Assembly: GCA_042218075.1 (NCBI GenBank)
Contig: JBDGRK010000003.1
Location: forward strand, 1 to 64,000
Direction of reading: 5' to 3'
From: Candidatus Nanohaloarchaea archaeon
GTDB taxonomy: Archaea; Nanohalarchaeota; Nanosalinia; Nanosalinales; Nanosalinaceae
Length of the DNA stretch: 64,000 nucleotides
Made by a program: the position numbers and the translations under genes
Notes under the pieces: generated by a model
Told to the model about the DNA's origin: nothing
The model's input: the letters and a program-made list of their open reading frames with translations, nothing else
Database searches by the model: none
In this document: one piece after another, positions 55,063 to 64,000 of the stretch
Layout of the letters: the number at the start of each line of letters is the position of its first letter
Numbering within the stretch: position 1 is the first letter of the stretch

Positions 55063-55692
55063 TTACTCCTCTTCCTGCATCTCCTTGATCTTTTTCATCC
55101 GGAAAGTTTCCTCTCTCGCGGATTCTTCGAGTGACTGGGAGACCATGTCCAGTGCATCCTTGAACTCCGGTATGACCTTGTGCTCCAGCGCGTTGACTCT
55201 CCTCTTGGTCTTCTCTATCTCTTCCAGCAGCTTCAGTATCTTTGTCTGGGTTTCCGCCGCTTCTACAACCTTCTCCAGCAGTTCTTCATACTTCTCAGCG
55301 ACTGAATCCACTCTTGAAGTCGCGGAAGTCATACCATACTCTCTCTCCATGATGGTCCTAGAGATTCCCTCCGACTCAATCTCCGGTACGACAACTCCCA
55401 TGATATTCCTTGTATCTGAATTAATCGTGGGTTCAGAATTTACTGGGAAGGCGTTTGACTTGACGATGTCCTCACCGTCGTAAACTTTCGCCAGAAGCAT
55501 TTTCAGCCTGGCTTCGGAGTAGAGGCTGGCTAGCTCTTCGTTCACCTCCCTCGCCTCCCCGGCGATTTCCATGAATTCGTGGATCAAGCCATCACGCTTC
55601 TTCTCCAGTATCTCGTGGCCGTTCTCCGCGAGTTCAATCCTCTCCTTCAGCCGTAATTCTTCCGAACGCGTTGGTTTAACATCCTGGCTCAT
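55063..55692 (-). CDS. atpD: A-type ATP synthase subunit D
   Basis: VKPTR, GHEILEKKRD, NIMGV, KTKRRVNALE. Confidence 0.96.
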   Translation of the reverse strand: MSQDVKPTRSEELRLKERIELAENGHEILEKKRDGLIHEFMEIAGEAREVNEELASLYSEARLKMLLAKVYDGEDIVKSNAFPVNSEPTINSDTRNIMGVVVPEIESEGISRTIMEREYGMTSATSRVDSVAEKYEELLEKVVEAAETQTKILKLLEEIEKTKRRVNALEHKVIPEFKDALDMVSQSLEESAREETFRMKKIKEMQEEE

Positions 55693-55964
55693 ATAGTTTC
55701 ACCTATTTCCGAAATTCTATCCAGGGTATATCCTTCAGGTAACTGGATATTTTCTACCACTGTTGTTTTTTCCTTTTTCCTGAACACACCATGCATCTCT
55801 TCTGTCATTTTCATTCTATAGGCTCCGTTTTTTCCTACTCTGAGCTCTATTTCATCGGCTGATTTTACTTCACTTACATCCTCTCCGTCTTCTGAAGCCC
55901 TGTAAAAATCTTGGGCGTAGCGAACCGGAATTTCATACCTTGATGTATCCGAGAGCTTGATCAT
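55689..55964 (-). CDS. Orphan ORF between atpB and atpD
   Basis: ATG 4 nt after the atpB stop; ATGA overlap with atpD. Confidence 0.6.
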   Translation of the reverse strand: MIKLSDTSRYEIPVRYAQDFYRASEDGEDVSEVKSADEIELRVGKNGAYRMKMTEEMHGVFRKKEKTTVVENIQLPEGYTLDRISEIGETI

Positions 55965-55968
55965 CTTC

Positions 55969-57357
55969 CTATTCGAAGCTAGGACCCCGGTTTTCAAGGT
56001 ATTTTTCCCTGGTTTCAGGATCGATTCTCGTCAGCTCTGATTCCGGTAGTAGTGAAAGCAGGTCCCAGGAAAGCGATAGCGAATCGTTGATGTCGCGGTT
56101 CTCCCTGTATCCTTGCCCGACAAAGTGCTCCTCGAACTTTTCCGCGAAGTTCAGGATTTTCTCGTCTTTCTCCGATAGAGCGTCCTCCCCGACGATCGCC
56201 ACTAGATCTCTGAGTGATTCTCCCTCGGCGTACATCGCGTAGAGCTGGTCGGAGACATCCGGATGGTCCGCTCTCGTGTAGCCCTTTCCGACTCCGTTGT
56301 CCATCAACCTTGATAGCGAAGGTAAGACGTTGATCGGTGGCTGATGTCCCTTGTTCTGCAGGTCACGATCCACGACAATCTGTCCCTCCGTAATGTAACC
56401 TGTGAGGTCAGGGATGGGATGCGTTATATCGTCGTTGGGCATTGTCAGTATCGGGATCTGGGTAACTGATCCCTCCTCGCCCTTGATCAAACCCGCTCTC
56501 TCGTAGAGCTGCGCGAGATTGGTATACATGTATCCCGGGTATCCTCTCCTTCCCGGAACTTCCTCTCTCGCAGCTGAAACTTCTCTGAGGGCGTTGCAGT
56601 AGTTGGTCATGTCGGTAAGGATTACCAGCACCTCGTATCCCTTCTCGAATGCAAGGTACTCTGCGGTCGTGAGTGCCATCCTTGGCGTGATGATCCTCTC
56701 CGGAGCGGGATCCGAGGCCTTGTTCAGGAACACCACGGATCTCTCTAGGGCTCCTGTCTCCCGGAACTCCTCGATGAAGTCTTGGGATTCTTCCTCGGTG
56801 ATTCCCATGCCCGCGAATACTACAGCAAACTCCTCATCCTCTCCCTGAACATCCGCCTGTCTCGCAATCTGCATCGCAAGTTCGTTGTGCGGTAATCCGG
56901 AACCCGAGAATATAGGCAGTTTCTGGCCCCTGACCAGAGTGTTCATGACGTCGATACTTGAAATTCCCGTCTGGATGAAGTCCTCAGGGAGTTCTCTGGA
57001 GTAGGGATTGATCGCCTCTCCGATAATGTCTCTTTCCTCATCCGGGATCACTTCCGGACCGTCATCAATCGGGTTGCCTGTACCGTCTAGGATCCTTCCC
57101 AGGAGATCTTCAGTTACCGGCATCTTCACGTTCTCGTTAAGGAATCGGACTGATGCGTCCCGTCCGATTCCCCTTGTCTCCTCGTAGACCTGTACGACTA
57201 CTACATCCTTCGAGGTCTCAAGGACTTCTCCCTTCTTGACCTGCCCATCAGGGGTCTCAACTTCCACAATATCTCCATATGCTATATCGTCGGTTTTCTC
57301 GACATATACCAGAGGTCCTTTGACCTCGTTGATCGTCTTGTACTCTTGTTGTGTCAT
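55969..57357 (-). CDS. atpB: A-type ATP synthase subunit B
   Basis: [41 protein letters not shown]. Confidence 0.98.
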   Translation of the reverse strand: MTQQEYKTINEVKGPLVYVEKTDDIAYGDIVEVETPDGQVKKGEVLETSKDVVVVQVYEETRGIGRDASVRFLNENVKMPVTEDLLGRILDGTGNPIDDGPEVIPDEERDIIGEAINPYSRELPEDFIQTGISSIDVMNTLVRGQKLPIFSGSGLPHNELAMQIARQADVQGEDEEFAVVFAGMGITEEESQDFIEEFRETGALERSVVFLNKASDPAPERIITPRMALTTAEYLAFEKGYEVLVILTDMTNYCNALREVSAAREEVPGRRGYPGYMYTNLAQLYERAGLIKGEEGSVTQIPILTMPNDDITHPIPDLTGYITEGQIVVDRDLQNKGHQPPINVLPSLSRLMDNGVGKGYTRADHPDVSDQLYAMYAEGESLRDLVAIVGEDALSEKDEKILNFAEKFEEHFVGQGYRENRDINDSLSLSWDLLSLLPESELTRIDPETREKYLENRGPSFE

Positions 57358-57373
57358 AGTATCTGTTTCACCC

Positions 57374-57787
57374 TCAGTTTTCAGTAAAATCTCCTATTAT
57401 TTCTGCAGAAATTTCTAATTTGGTTTCGACTTGATCGTATTTATCTTCCAATTTCTTATCCAATTTTCTGGCCAATTCTTTTGCTTCCATGTAATTACCT
57501 TCCCTTAGATATCTTTTGAGATTTCCCGCTTCTTCAACATCTGTACGCTCAACAAGATCCTCGAGAGGCGACTCTAATAGTTGTTCAGCTACTTTGCTTG
57601 ATACTTCTTCAGAACTTAATATTCTTGCTATCTGGCCGTCTGCATAGGTGGCTGGATATTCAGGATCAAAACCCGCATATAGTTCCACTATTTCTTCATG
57701 CGGGCCTATAAGTTCTTTGGAAGGTGTCCTCAACTTTCCATCACCCTTGAACTCCTTCTTGAATGTCATATTCGTTTTCATCATCAA
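57374..57787 (-). CDS. Orphan ORF between atpA and atpB
   Basis: Acidic, AT-rich; start uncertain. Confidence 0.55.
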   Translation of the reverse strand: MMMKTNMTFKKEFKGDGKLRTPSKELIGPHEEIVELYAGFDPEYPATYADGQIARILSSEEVSSKVAEQLLESPLEDLVERTDVEEAGNLKRYLREGNYMEAKELARKLDKKLEDKYDQVETKLEISAEIIGDFTEN

Positions 57788-58058
57788 GCTTTTCTTCTCT
57801 CACTGAATCCATATCTCCCTGGCTTGTGGAAGTAGTTGACCTGTCCAGAGGAAGTAGGTCTATATGGTATTGATCTTCTAGAGTTTCTACAACCGCAGCT
57901 ACAGACTCCCAGTCCCGGTCATCAATCTGTCTTTCAAGTGTTTCCACCATCCCAAGACATAGATCTTCTACTTGACTCACTAACTCATCTGTATAAGTTT
58001 CATCCCTGCTGTATCTCTCCGAAAGATGTCTGGCATAGGGTACAGTTTCCACGCTCAT
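57741..58058 (-). CDS. Orphan ORF between atpA and atpB
   Basis: ATGA overlap with the atpA stop. Confidence 0.6.
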   Translation of the reverse strand: MSVETVPYARHLSERYSRDETYTDELVSQVEDLCLGMVETLERQIDDRDWESVAAVVETLEDQYHIDLLPLDRSTTSTSQGDMDSVREEKLDDENEYDIQEGVQG

Positions 58059-59818
58059 TCCTCAACCACCTCTCTGAATTCTTTCTCCATCTCTTCTCTA
58101 ATCTCGTCCCTTAATTCCTGGTAGTTTTCCTCGAACTTGAGCTCGGAAATCCTGTTGGAGGCATCCAGGGAGATTATATCCTCTACAAGAGCACCCTGTT
58201 CAAGTGCTTCATAGGCCTGGTCCGCCCACTCTAAAATCAGCTCCAGTATCTCGAAGGTTTTCTCCGGGTCCGAGTACTGGTCTACTTCGTGGAACGCATT
58301 CTGCTGCAGGTAGAACTGCTTTATCATGGTTCCTATCTCAAGAGTCAGTCTCTCCCTGTCCGGAAGCGCGTCTTTACCCACTAGCTGGACAGTCTCCTGC
58401 AGCTCTCCATCCTTCTGGAGGATATCTTTCATCCTCTGGATATTGTCCGACCATTCAGAGTTAACTTCTCTCTCAAAGTAATTGGATAGCATCTCCGAGT
58501 AACCCGAGTATGAGTCATCCCAGTTGATCGCGGGGAAGTGCCTCTTCTCTGCAAGATCTGAATCAAGAGCCCAGAAGTTTTTAACCACTCTCAAAGTGTT
58601 CTGGGTTACCGGTTCTGAAAAGTCTCCGCCCGGCGGTGAAACAGCGCCGATAATCGACACCGATCCGGGTTCCTCAGGTCCCAGCGGTTCAACCCTTCCA
58701 GCCCTCTCGTAGAACTCCGCGAGCTTTGAAGCCAGGTAGGCGGGAAAACCTCTCTCGCCGGGCATCTCTTCAAGCCTGGATGAGATTTCTCGCATCGCCT
58801 CCGCCCACCTTGAAGTGGAGTCCGCCATCAGCGCAACATCGAGACCCTGGTCGCGGAAGTACTCGGCGATAGTTATCCCGGTATAAATCGAGGCCTCTCT
58901 CGCCGCAACAGGCATGTTGGAAGTGTTCGCAATCAGTACCGTACGGTTGATTATCTTGTCGCCGGTCTGCGGATCTTCCAGCTCCGGGAACTCTTCCAGC
59001 ACTTCTGTCATCTCGTTTCCTCTCTCCCCGCATCCGATGTAGACGATTATATCGGCGTCCGCAAACTTCGCGAGCGACTGCTGTGTCACCGTCTTGCCTG
59101 ATCCGAAAGGTCCCGGGATTGCTGCTGTACCTCCCTTCGCAAGAGGGAAAAGTCCGTCCAGAACTCTCTGTCCGGTTATCAGCGGAATTTCAGGTTTCAG
59201 GTCGTCTTTAACCTCTCTTGACTCCCTGATCGGCCATTCCTGCCTCATCGAGACTTCCTCGCCATCAACGACAGCAACTGTATCTTCAACAGTAAATTCT
59301 CCCTGCTTTATCTCTTCAACTTCTCCCTCAATACCGGGAGGAAGCATTACCTTGTGTTCGCCGTACTCCACCTCGGTCAAGCCGAGAACATCTCCGCCTT
59401 TCACGTACTTGCCTTCCTCCGTCTCTGGCTCGAACTCGTATTTTTTTTCCGGGTCGATTCCCGGTGCGTCTTCTCCCCTTGAGATGAATGCTCCGGTCTT
59501 CTCCTCCAGATCCGGTAGAGGTCTCTGTAGTCCATCGTAGATCGATCCAAGCAGTCCGGGTCCTAGCTCAACTGAAAGAGGTTGCCCGGTGTTTTTAACC
59601 GGTTCTCCCGGCCTTATGCCCGTAGTTTCCTCGTATACCTGTATGTACGTTTTATCTCCCTCTATCTGGATGACCTCGCCCATCAGTCCTTCCTCTCCTA
59701 CCTGGACGACGTCGTTCATCTGCGGGTTCATATCTTTTGCTATAACCACCGGTCCCGCCACCTTGTAGATTTCGCCTTCAGATTCTGATTGTTCGATCTG
59801 CTTCTGAGATTGTGCCAT
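58055..59818 (-). CDS. atpA: A-type ATP synthase subunit A (no intein)
   Basis: [35 protein letters not shown]. Confidence 0.98.
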   Translation of the reverse strand: MAQSQKQIEQSESEGEIYKVAGPVVIAKDMNPQMNDVVQVGEEGLMGEVIQIEGDKTYIQVYEETTGIRPGEPVKNTGQPLSVELGPGLLGSIYDGLQRPLPDLEEKTGAFISRGEDAPGIDPEKKYEFEPETEEGKYVKGGDVLGLTEVEYGEHKVMLPPGIEGEVEEIKQGEFTVEDTVAVVDGEEVSMRQEWPIRESREVKDDLKPEIPLITGQRVLDGLFPLAKGGTAAIPGPFGSGKTVTQQSLAKFADADIIVYIGCGERGNEMTEVLEEFPELEDPQTGDKIINRTVLIANTSNMPVAAREASIYTGITIAEYFRDQGLDVALMADSTSRWAEAMREISSRLEEMPGERGFPAYLASKLAEFYERAGRVEPLGPEEPGSVSIIGAVSPPGGDFSEPVTQNTLRVVKNFWALDSDLAEKRHFPAINWDDSYSGYSEMLSNYFEREVNSEWSDNIQRMKDILQKDGELQETVQLVGKDALPDRERLTLEIGTMIKQFYLQQNAFHEVDQYSDPEKTFEILELILEWADQAYEALEQGALVEDIISLDASNRISELKFEENYQELRDEIREEMEKEFREVVEE

Positions 59819-59868
59819 TTTAACTTACACCCTAGTATTCTTTACGAAAACACTTTCCATGCATTTTT

Positions 59869-60177
59869 TCATGAAATATCTACCCCGATTACTTTCTGGA
59901 TTTTGTGCTGTAGCTGTGCATCCTCCGCAGTCTCTGAGAGCGTGACAACGACCGGATCCACCGATTCGTTAACCCTTCTTCTCAACCTGTCTGGAAGCTT
60001 TTTCACATCCGATTCCTCCGCCACCAGGATTCCCACATCATCTCTTTCTATAAGCTCTTCAATTTTCTGTTCATAGTTTTCAGTTCCGAAGACTTTCTGG
60101 ATTCCCGCCAGCTGGAAGCCCAGAGTGAACTCCTCTTCGCCTATAACTGCTATAGATTTCCTGTCATCCTTATCCAT
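59869..60177 (-). CDS. atpF: A-type ATP synthase subunit F
   Basis: IAVIG...GFQLAG...IGVDI. Confidence 0.93.
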   Translation of the reverse strand: MDKDDRKSIAVIGEEEFTLGFQLAGIQKVFGTENYEQKIEELIERDDVGILVAEESDVKKLPDRLRRRVNESVDPVVVTLSETAEDAQLQHKIQKVIGVDIS

Positions 60178-60189
60178 CTATGATCAACC

Positions 60190-61185
60190 TCAAGCTGTCA
60201 CCAGGTTAGATCTTATCGTATCAAGGTTTTGGATTTCAGTTTCCTTTGCACGGATCAACATCCTCAGGTTTTTCACTTCGATCATCTTCGCAACTATAAA
60301 TCCGAAAATCGAGGTTACTCCGAGAGGTTCCGTGTGAAGTGATCTCAGGGCTGTCCTCAACCTCTCTACCTCCAGTCTGTGCTCCACTTCTTCCAGGTTA
60401 CCTGGCTTTTCAAAGCTTATATCCTCGCATTCTTCCACCGCCTCTACAGCAGCTTCAAGACTCTCTGATTCTATAACTTTTTCAACACACGTCGATACCT
60501 CAGGAGATACAAGCCACTCCCTGATCTCTTGCTTCATTCCATCCTTCTTCAGCCTGAGTGCTATCTTCAGGTTCTCGTACTCCATTTCCTTTCTCACGAA
60601 CCGGCTGAACCAGATGCTTTCTGTTCCCTCCGCCATCATCGACATCTCCTTGAAGTATGCCCTGTCAAGGTCTCTTTCCACTTTCTTGACTTCCGAATAA
60701 TCCTCTATTTCTTTCTGGTAGTCAACTTCCGATCCTGGAAACTCTATTGAAGAACATATTTCCTCTACAGACTTCTCCGAGAGGTCCATCAATCCCTCCA
60801 CCGAATAGTAACCGACCGGAACAAGAAGATCCTCGATGTTTCCCCTCTCACCTCCCTTTTTCCATCTCAACAACCTCTTTATACTGAGTATATCGTACCT
60901 TCTCAGGAAGGAGTTGATCAGAGGTTCCAGGGAGTCAGGTGATATTTCTATAAGCTCGCCCATCATCCTCGAAATATTCCTCATCAGCGCCAATTCCACC
61001 AGTTCCATTCCATCATGGTCCGACCCAAGTTCATCAATATCTTCCTTGTACTCTCCCTCTTCGAGATTCCTTGCTATCTCGCTAGGACCCATCTTTACCA
61101 GTCTATCGTAATCCTCCTTCTCCAGGAGTTTGGCTCTCTTCGCGCTAATTCTGGCATACATGTAGGGATAATCAGTCTTCAGCAT
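60190..61185 (-). CDS. atpC: A-type ATP synthase subunit C
   Basis: YPYMYARI...LL...EVKNLRML; start MLKTDY. Confidence 0.9.
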   Translation of the reverse strand: MLKTDYPYMYARISAKRAKLLEKEDYDRLVKMGPSEIARNLEEGEYKEDIDELGSDHDGMELVELALMRNISRMMGELIEISPDSLEPLINSFLRRYDILSIKRLLRWKKGGERGNIEDLLVPVGYYSVEGLMDLSEKSVEEICSSIEFPGSEVDYQKEIEDYSEVKKVERDLDRAYFKEMSMMAEGTESIWFSRFVRKEMEYENLKIALRLKKDGMKQEIREWLVSPEVSTCVEKVIESESLEAAVEAVEECEDISFEKPGNLEEVEHRLEVERLRTALRSLHTEPLGVTSIFGFIVAKMIEVKNLRMLIRAKETEIQNLDTIRSNLVTA

Positions 61186-61186
61186 T

Positions 61187-61723
61187 TCACTCACCAAAAA
61201 GCGTTTCAGCCACCTCTCTGCGGTATTTCTGCCTGAATTCTTCCAGTATTTTGTCGAAAGTGAAGCTCTGTCGTCTCTCTCCGTCTTCCGAGACAACTAC
61301 TATTCCTTCAACATCTGTTTCTCTGAATTCTTCATCCACAGCTTCCTCGAAACCCGGAGATCCTTCAATTCTTCCCACTTCGAACTCGACCTTCTCCATG
61401 CATCTCTCTACAAATTTCTGCCTGTCGCCTCTTGAAAGGTTTTCCAGGTATTCCCTGAAGTTTTCGAACACTTCGTCAATCTTCTGCTGTTTTGCCTCCA
61501 TTTTTGCCTCTTTTGCCTTCATCCTGGCACTTGAAAGGGTCTTCTTCCTCATCGATTCCTTTTCCTGCTCCAGTTTCTCTTCCTCATGCTCTCTTATCTC
61601 CTGGGCTTCTTCCTCTGCTTTTTCGATAATTTCGTCTCTCTCGTTTTCTGCTTCCTTTCTGATTTTTTCGGCCTTCTTCTCGGCTTCTTCCAAGATTTCC
61701 GATTTGATCTCCTGTAGTCCCAT
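61187..61723 (-). CDS. atpE: A-type ATP synthase subunit E
   Basis: MGLQEI..EILEEA coiled coil; GIVVVSEDG...TFD...LF. Confidence 0.9.
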   Translation of the reverse strand: MGLQEIKSEILEEAEKKAEKIRKEAENERDEIIEKAEEEAQEIREHEEEKLEQEKESMRKKTLSSARMKAKEAKMEAKQQKIDEVFENFREYLENLSRGDRQKFVERCMEKVEFEVGRIEGSPGFEEAVDEEFRETDVEGIVVVSEDGERRQSFTFDKILEEFRQKYRREVAETLFGE

Positions 61724-61748
61724 AGTATCACGTTAAATAAAGTGGTTG

Positions 61749-61767
61749 AAGGGGCGTTTGCCCCCTT
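61749..61767 (-). terminator. GC-rich hairpin immediately downstream of atpK
   Basis: Minus strand AGGGGGC-AAAC-GCCCCTT. Confidence 0.45.
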
Positions 61768-61770
61768 GAT

Positions 61771-61989
61771 TTAGATGAATCCCGCTGCGACCAGCGCGAC
61801 CACGAACCCGAAGATAACCATGGTCTCCGGGATGACTGTAAGCACCAGCACCTGTCCGAACAGACTGTCGTCTTCAGCGATTGCTCCAACACCGGAGCTT
61901 CCGATCTTAGCCTGTGCCCATCCTGTTCCGATAGCTGCCAGTCCCACAGCGATTCCTGCACCGATCATTGCGAGTGGTTCTCCTGCCAT
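61771..61989 (-). CDS. atpK: A-type ATP synthase proteolipid subunit K (c)
   Basis: Single helical hairpin; GLAAIG...IPETMVIFG. Confidence 0.95.
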   Translation of the reverse strand: MAGEPLAMIGAGIAVGLAAIGTGWAQAKIGSSGVGAIAEDDSLFGQVLVLTVIPETMVIFGFVVALVAAGFI

Positions 61990-62074
61990 TCAAATTTCAC
62001 CTCTCTTCTTTTGTTTTGATTTCATGTTGATTTTCACCTAGAGTATTCTTTTATGGTCATCGTGAAAGATTTCA

Positions 62075-63901
62075 TCAGATTTCCCTCGCACCGAAAGGAG
62101 AGTACTTCTTTCCTCCTCCCTCGTAAAATTTTGAGAACATCTCCACGTAGTGGAGGCGGATTCCCTGAAGGAATCCTTCCATGATTTTGATGAAAGTGTT
62201 GAAGCTGTGGCCCACCATCAGCATTAGAACCCCTGCAGCAATCCCCAGAAGACTGCCTGTGGCGAACAACGGATGAGCGAAGGCATTCACAACTTTTGCC
62301 AGTGAAAAAGCCGCCACCGAGACCCCAAAAAGCCTCAGGTAGGAAAGCACGTTCGAAAGCAGCGAAGGTATCTCGATTACTCCTGCTATTCCCTCTCCCA
62401 GGTAAAGCAGTATCACCGCGACAGCGAACACTGGTGCTCCAGCCTTCAATCCCAGGAAGAACGCCAGAGCGACAGCGATCTCCAGCAGCAACCAGCTTCC
62501 CTTTTCCAGGAAAGCTTCTCTGAAGCCGTGCTTCACATGTTCATTATAAAATCCGAGGAGATATCCGGCGTTTATGTGGATTATTCCTATAAGTGCCGAC
62601 AGCTGGAAGACCTGCGACCAGTGGGCGGAACGATGGAATAGAATAGGGATTTTCTCGAACAGGTGGATGCCCGTGGCCTTTGCCAGTTCCGAGTGATGTC
62701 CAAATATGATGTAACCAAAAGCGTCGCCGTATATCAACCCGAATATTATCGTGGCGACGGAAGCGTACATTAGAGACCTGAAAATCTTCTCCGCCTCTGG
62801 AAAGAACCTGTAGCCCGCGTAGAAAACCGCCAGAGATGAAAGACCGTAGCCCGCATCCCCTATCATGAAGCCGAAGAACAGCGGGAAGGTAAGGAAGATT
62901 ATAAACGATGGGTCCAGCTCATTATATCTTGGAACAGACATAAGGTCGGTGAGAGATTCAAAGGATCTTACAGGGCCGGGATTTTGGTGCTTAACCGGGG
63001 GATTTTCTCCCTCAATCTTCTCCACGTGGATTTTTCCTTCAGTCTCACCTGCAAGCTCCTCCTCCATCTCACTGAACCTCTCCGCAGGTATCCATCCCTC
63101 TGCCACGAACGTTTCTTCAGTAGTACCGAACTCCAGCGGTGCTTCAGCCTTCTCAACCTTCTCCGCCAGGAATTCTTCGGCCTCTTCAAGCTCGGGCCTC
63201 CACTTCCCAGCCAGGTTCTCCAGACTCTTCCTTTTTTCCCTCTTCTCCTTTTCGAAAGATTCAATCTCTACCTGAATCTTCTCAATTATTTCCGAAGGGC
63301 GACCATCAAACTCCGAATCTACAACACCAAATTCCTCGATTGATGCATCTCTTACAGCTTTCTCCCTGTTCTCTCCTTCCTGGAAGAAAACAACCTCTGC
63401 TTCTTCTCCCTCCAAAACTTCGTATCTTTCATCCGGCATTTTTTTACTGAGTGTCTCCAGGTCGATCCTTCCCACGAAGCAGTCAAGCTCCCTGGTTCCT
63501 TCAAGGTCACGGTACTCGATGCCAGCTCCCTCCAGCTTCTCGAAGTATTCTCTCTGCTCCTCCAGCTTTGCAATACTGTTATCGATAGCAGAAATCTGCT
63601 CCTCTAGATCATTTACCTCCTGGTTTAGCTCCGGGATATTTTCCTGTATCTCGGCTATTGTTCTTCCGCTACCTGATTCTCCCTCTACCTGGGGAAGCTT
63701 TGAAATCGTCGAACGGAGATCAACAATAAGCTGGGATACTTGCTCCGCTTCCTCAAGACTTTCTCCTTTTTCAAGATCGCCATCGTAGTTTTCAATATCC
63801 AGTAGCTGCATGGAGTGAAGCCTCTCCACTACCGGCCTGAGATTCTCTTTCAGTCCAACTATTGAAACCTTCTCCATCTCTGCAGGTCTGATAAATTTCA
63901 C
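62075..63901 (-). CDS. atpI: A-type ATP synthase subunit I (a)
   Basis: PRYNELDP, FGFMIGDAGYG, SNVLSYLRL, IRLHYVEMF. Confidence 0.96.
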   Translation of the reverse strand: MKFIRPAEMEKVSIVGLKENLRPVVERLHSMQLLDIENYDGDLEKGESLEEAEQVSQLIVDLRSTISKLPQVEGESGSGRTIAEIQENIPELNQEVNDLEEQISAIDNSIAKLEEQREYFEKLEGAGIEYRDLEGTRELDCFVGRIDLETLSKKMPDERYEVLEGEEAEVVFFQEGENREKAVRDASIEEFGVVDSEFDGRPSEIIEKIQVEIESFEKEKREKRKSLENLAGKWRPELEEAEEFLAEKVEKAEAPLEFGTTEETFVAEGWIPAERFSEMEEELAGETEGKIHVEKIEGENPPVKHQNPGPVRSFESLTDLMSVPRYNELDPSFIIFLTFPLFFGFMIGDAGYGLSSLAVFYAGYRFFPEAEKIFRSLMYASVATIIFGLIYGDAFGYIIFGHHSELAKATGIHLFEKIPILFHRSAHWSQVFQLSALIGIIHINAGYLLGFYNEHVKHGFREAFLEKGSWLLLEIAVALAFFLGLKAGAPVFAVAVILLYLGEGIAGVIEIPSLLSNVLSYLRLFGVSVAAFSLAKVVNAFAHPLFATGSLLGIAAGVLMLMVGHSFNTFIKIMEGFLQGIRLHYVEMFSKFYEGGGKKYSPFGAREI

Positions 63902-64000
63902 CTACTGGAACTCATCTTCAAACTTTTGCCACAAGAAATCTTCCGCTTCATCAACTTGTGAGGACCCGGTCTGTCTCAGTTTTTCTGCTTCTCCTCTTCC
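63902..64000 (-). CDS. atpH: C-terminus of A-type ATP synthase subunit H (partial)
   Basis: GRGEAEKLR...VDEAEDFLWQKFE* directly upstream of atpI; assigned mainly by position. Confidence 0.7.
   Translation of the reverse strand, partial: GRGEAEKLRQTGSSQVDEAEDFLWQKFEDEFQ

Noticed and set aside
58055-59818. Intein in atpA
   Set aside because: GCGERGNE is uninterrupted and the length (587 aa) is normal
8117-63788. Numerous antisense and alternate-frame ORFs rich in Ser/Phe/Leu
   Set aside because: Shadows of GAR/GAY-rich acidic coding sequence on the opposite strand

Overview
This is an archaeal chromosomal segment. The very acidic proteome, compact genes, GGTGA-type Shine-Dalgarno (SD) sites and archaeal core genes point to a halophilic DPANN archaeon (Nanohaloarchaeota-like; inference). 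The left ~4 kb is an AT-rich islet next to an intron-containing tRNA-Gly(GCC). It holds two orphan tRNA 3' halves, a 54-bp direct repeat and a disrupted HTH-LAGLIDADG gene. The rest is housekeeping DNA (trxB, tRNA-Arg, PAN-like ATPase, gatABC, aRF1, valS, metG, nurA, rps17e, csp, alaX, vapBC, ABCE1, ftsZ, dcd, tatD, A-type ATP synthase operon) interleaved with AT-rich orphan ORFs. The most striking observations are: (1) a ~200-nt ftsZ leader with four regularly spaced hairpins that have different stems but the same UUGGGC loop, plus a structured C-rich 3' element and a phased operator array, together a candidate undescribed RNA-based control system for cell division; (2) a 498-aa endonuclease-bearing intein directly after the GGQ motif of aRF1; (3) an ABCE1 whose Fe-S domain has no cysteines; (4) metG apparently starting at ATC; (5) translationally coupled mini-ORFs ahead of atpK and atpA; (6) a YbaK-GatB/Yqey fusion; (7) an uncharacterised coiled-coil/HTH + split TIM-barrel + nucleotidyltransferase locus. 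All calls come from motif recognition by eye; no searches were run.
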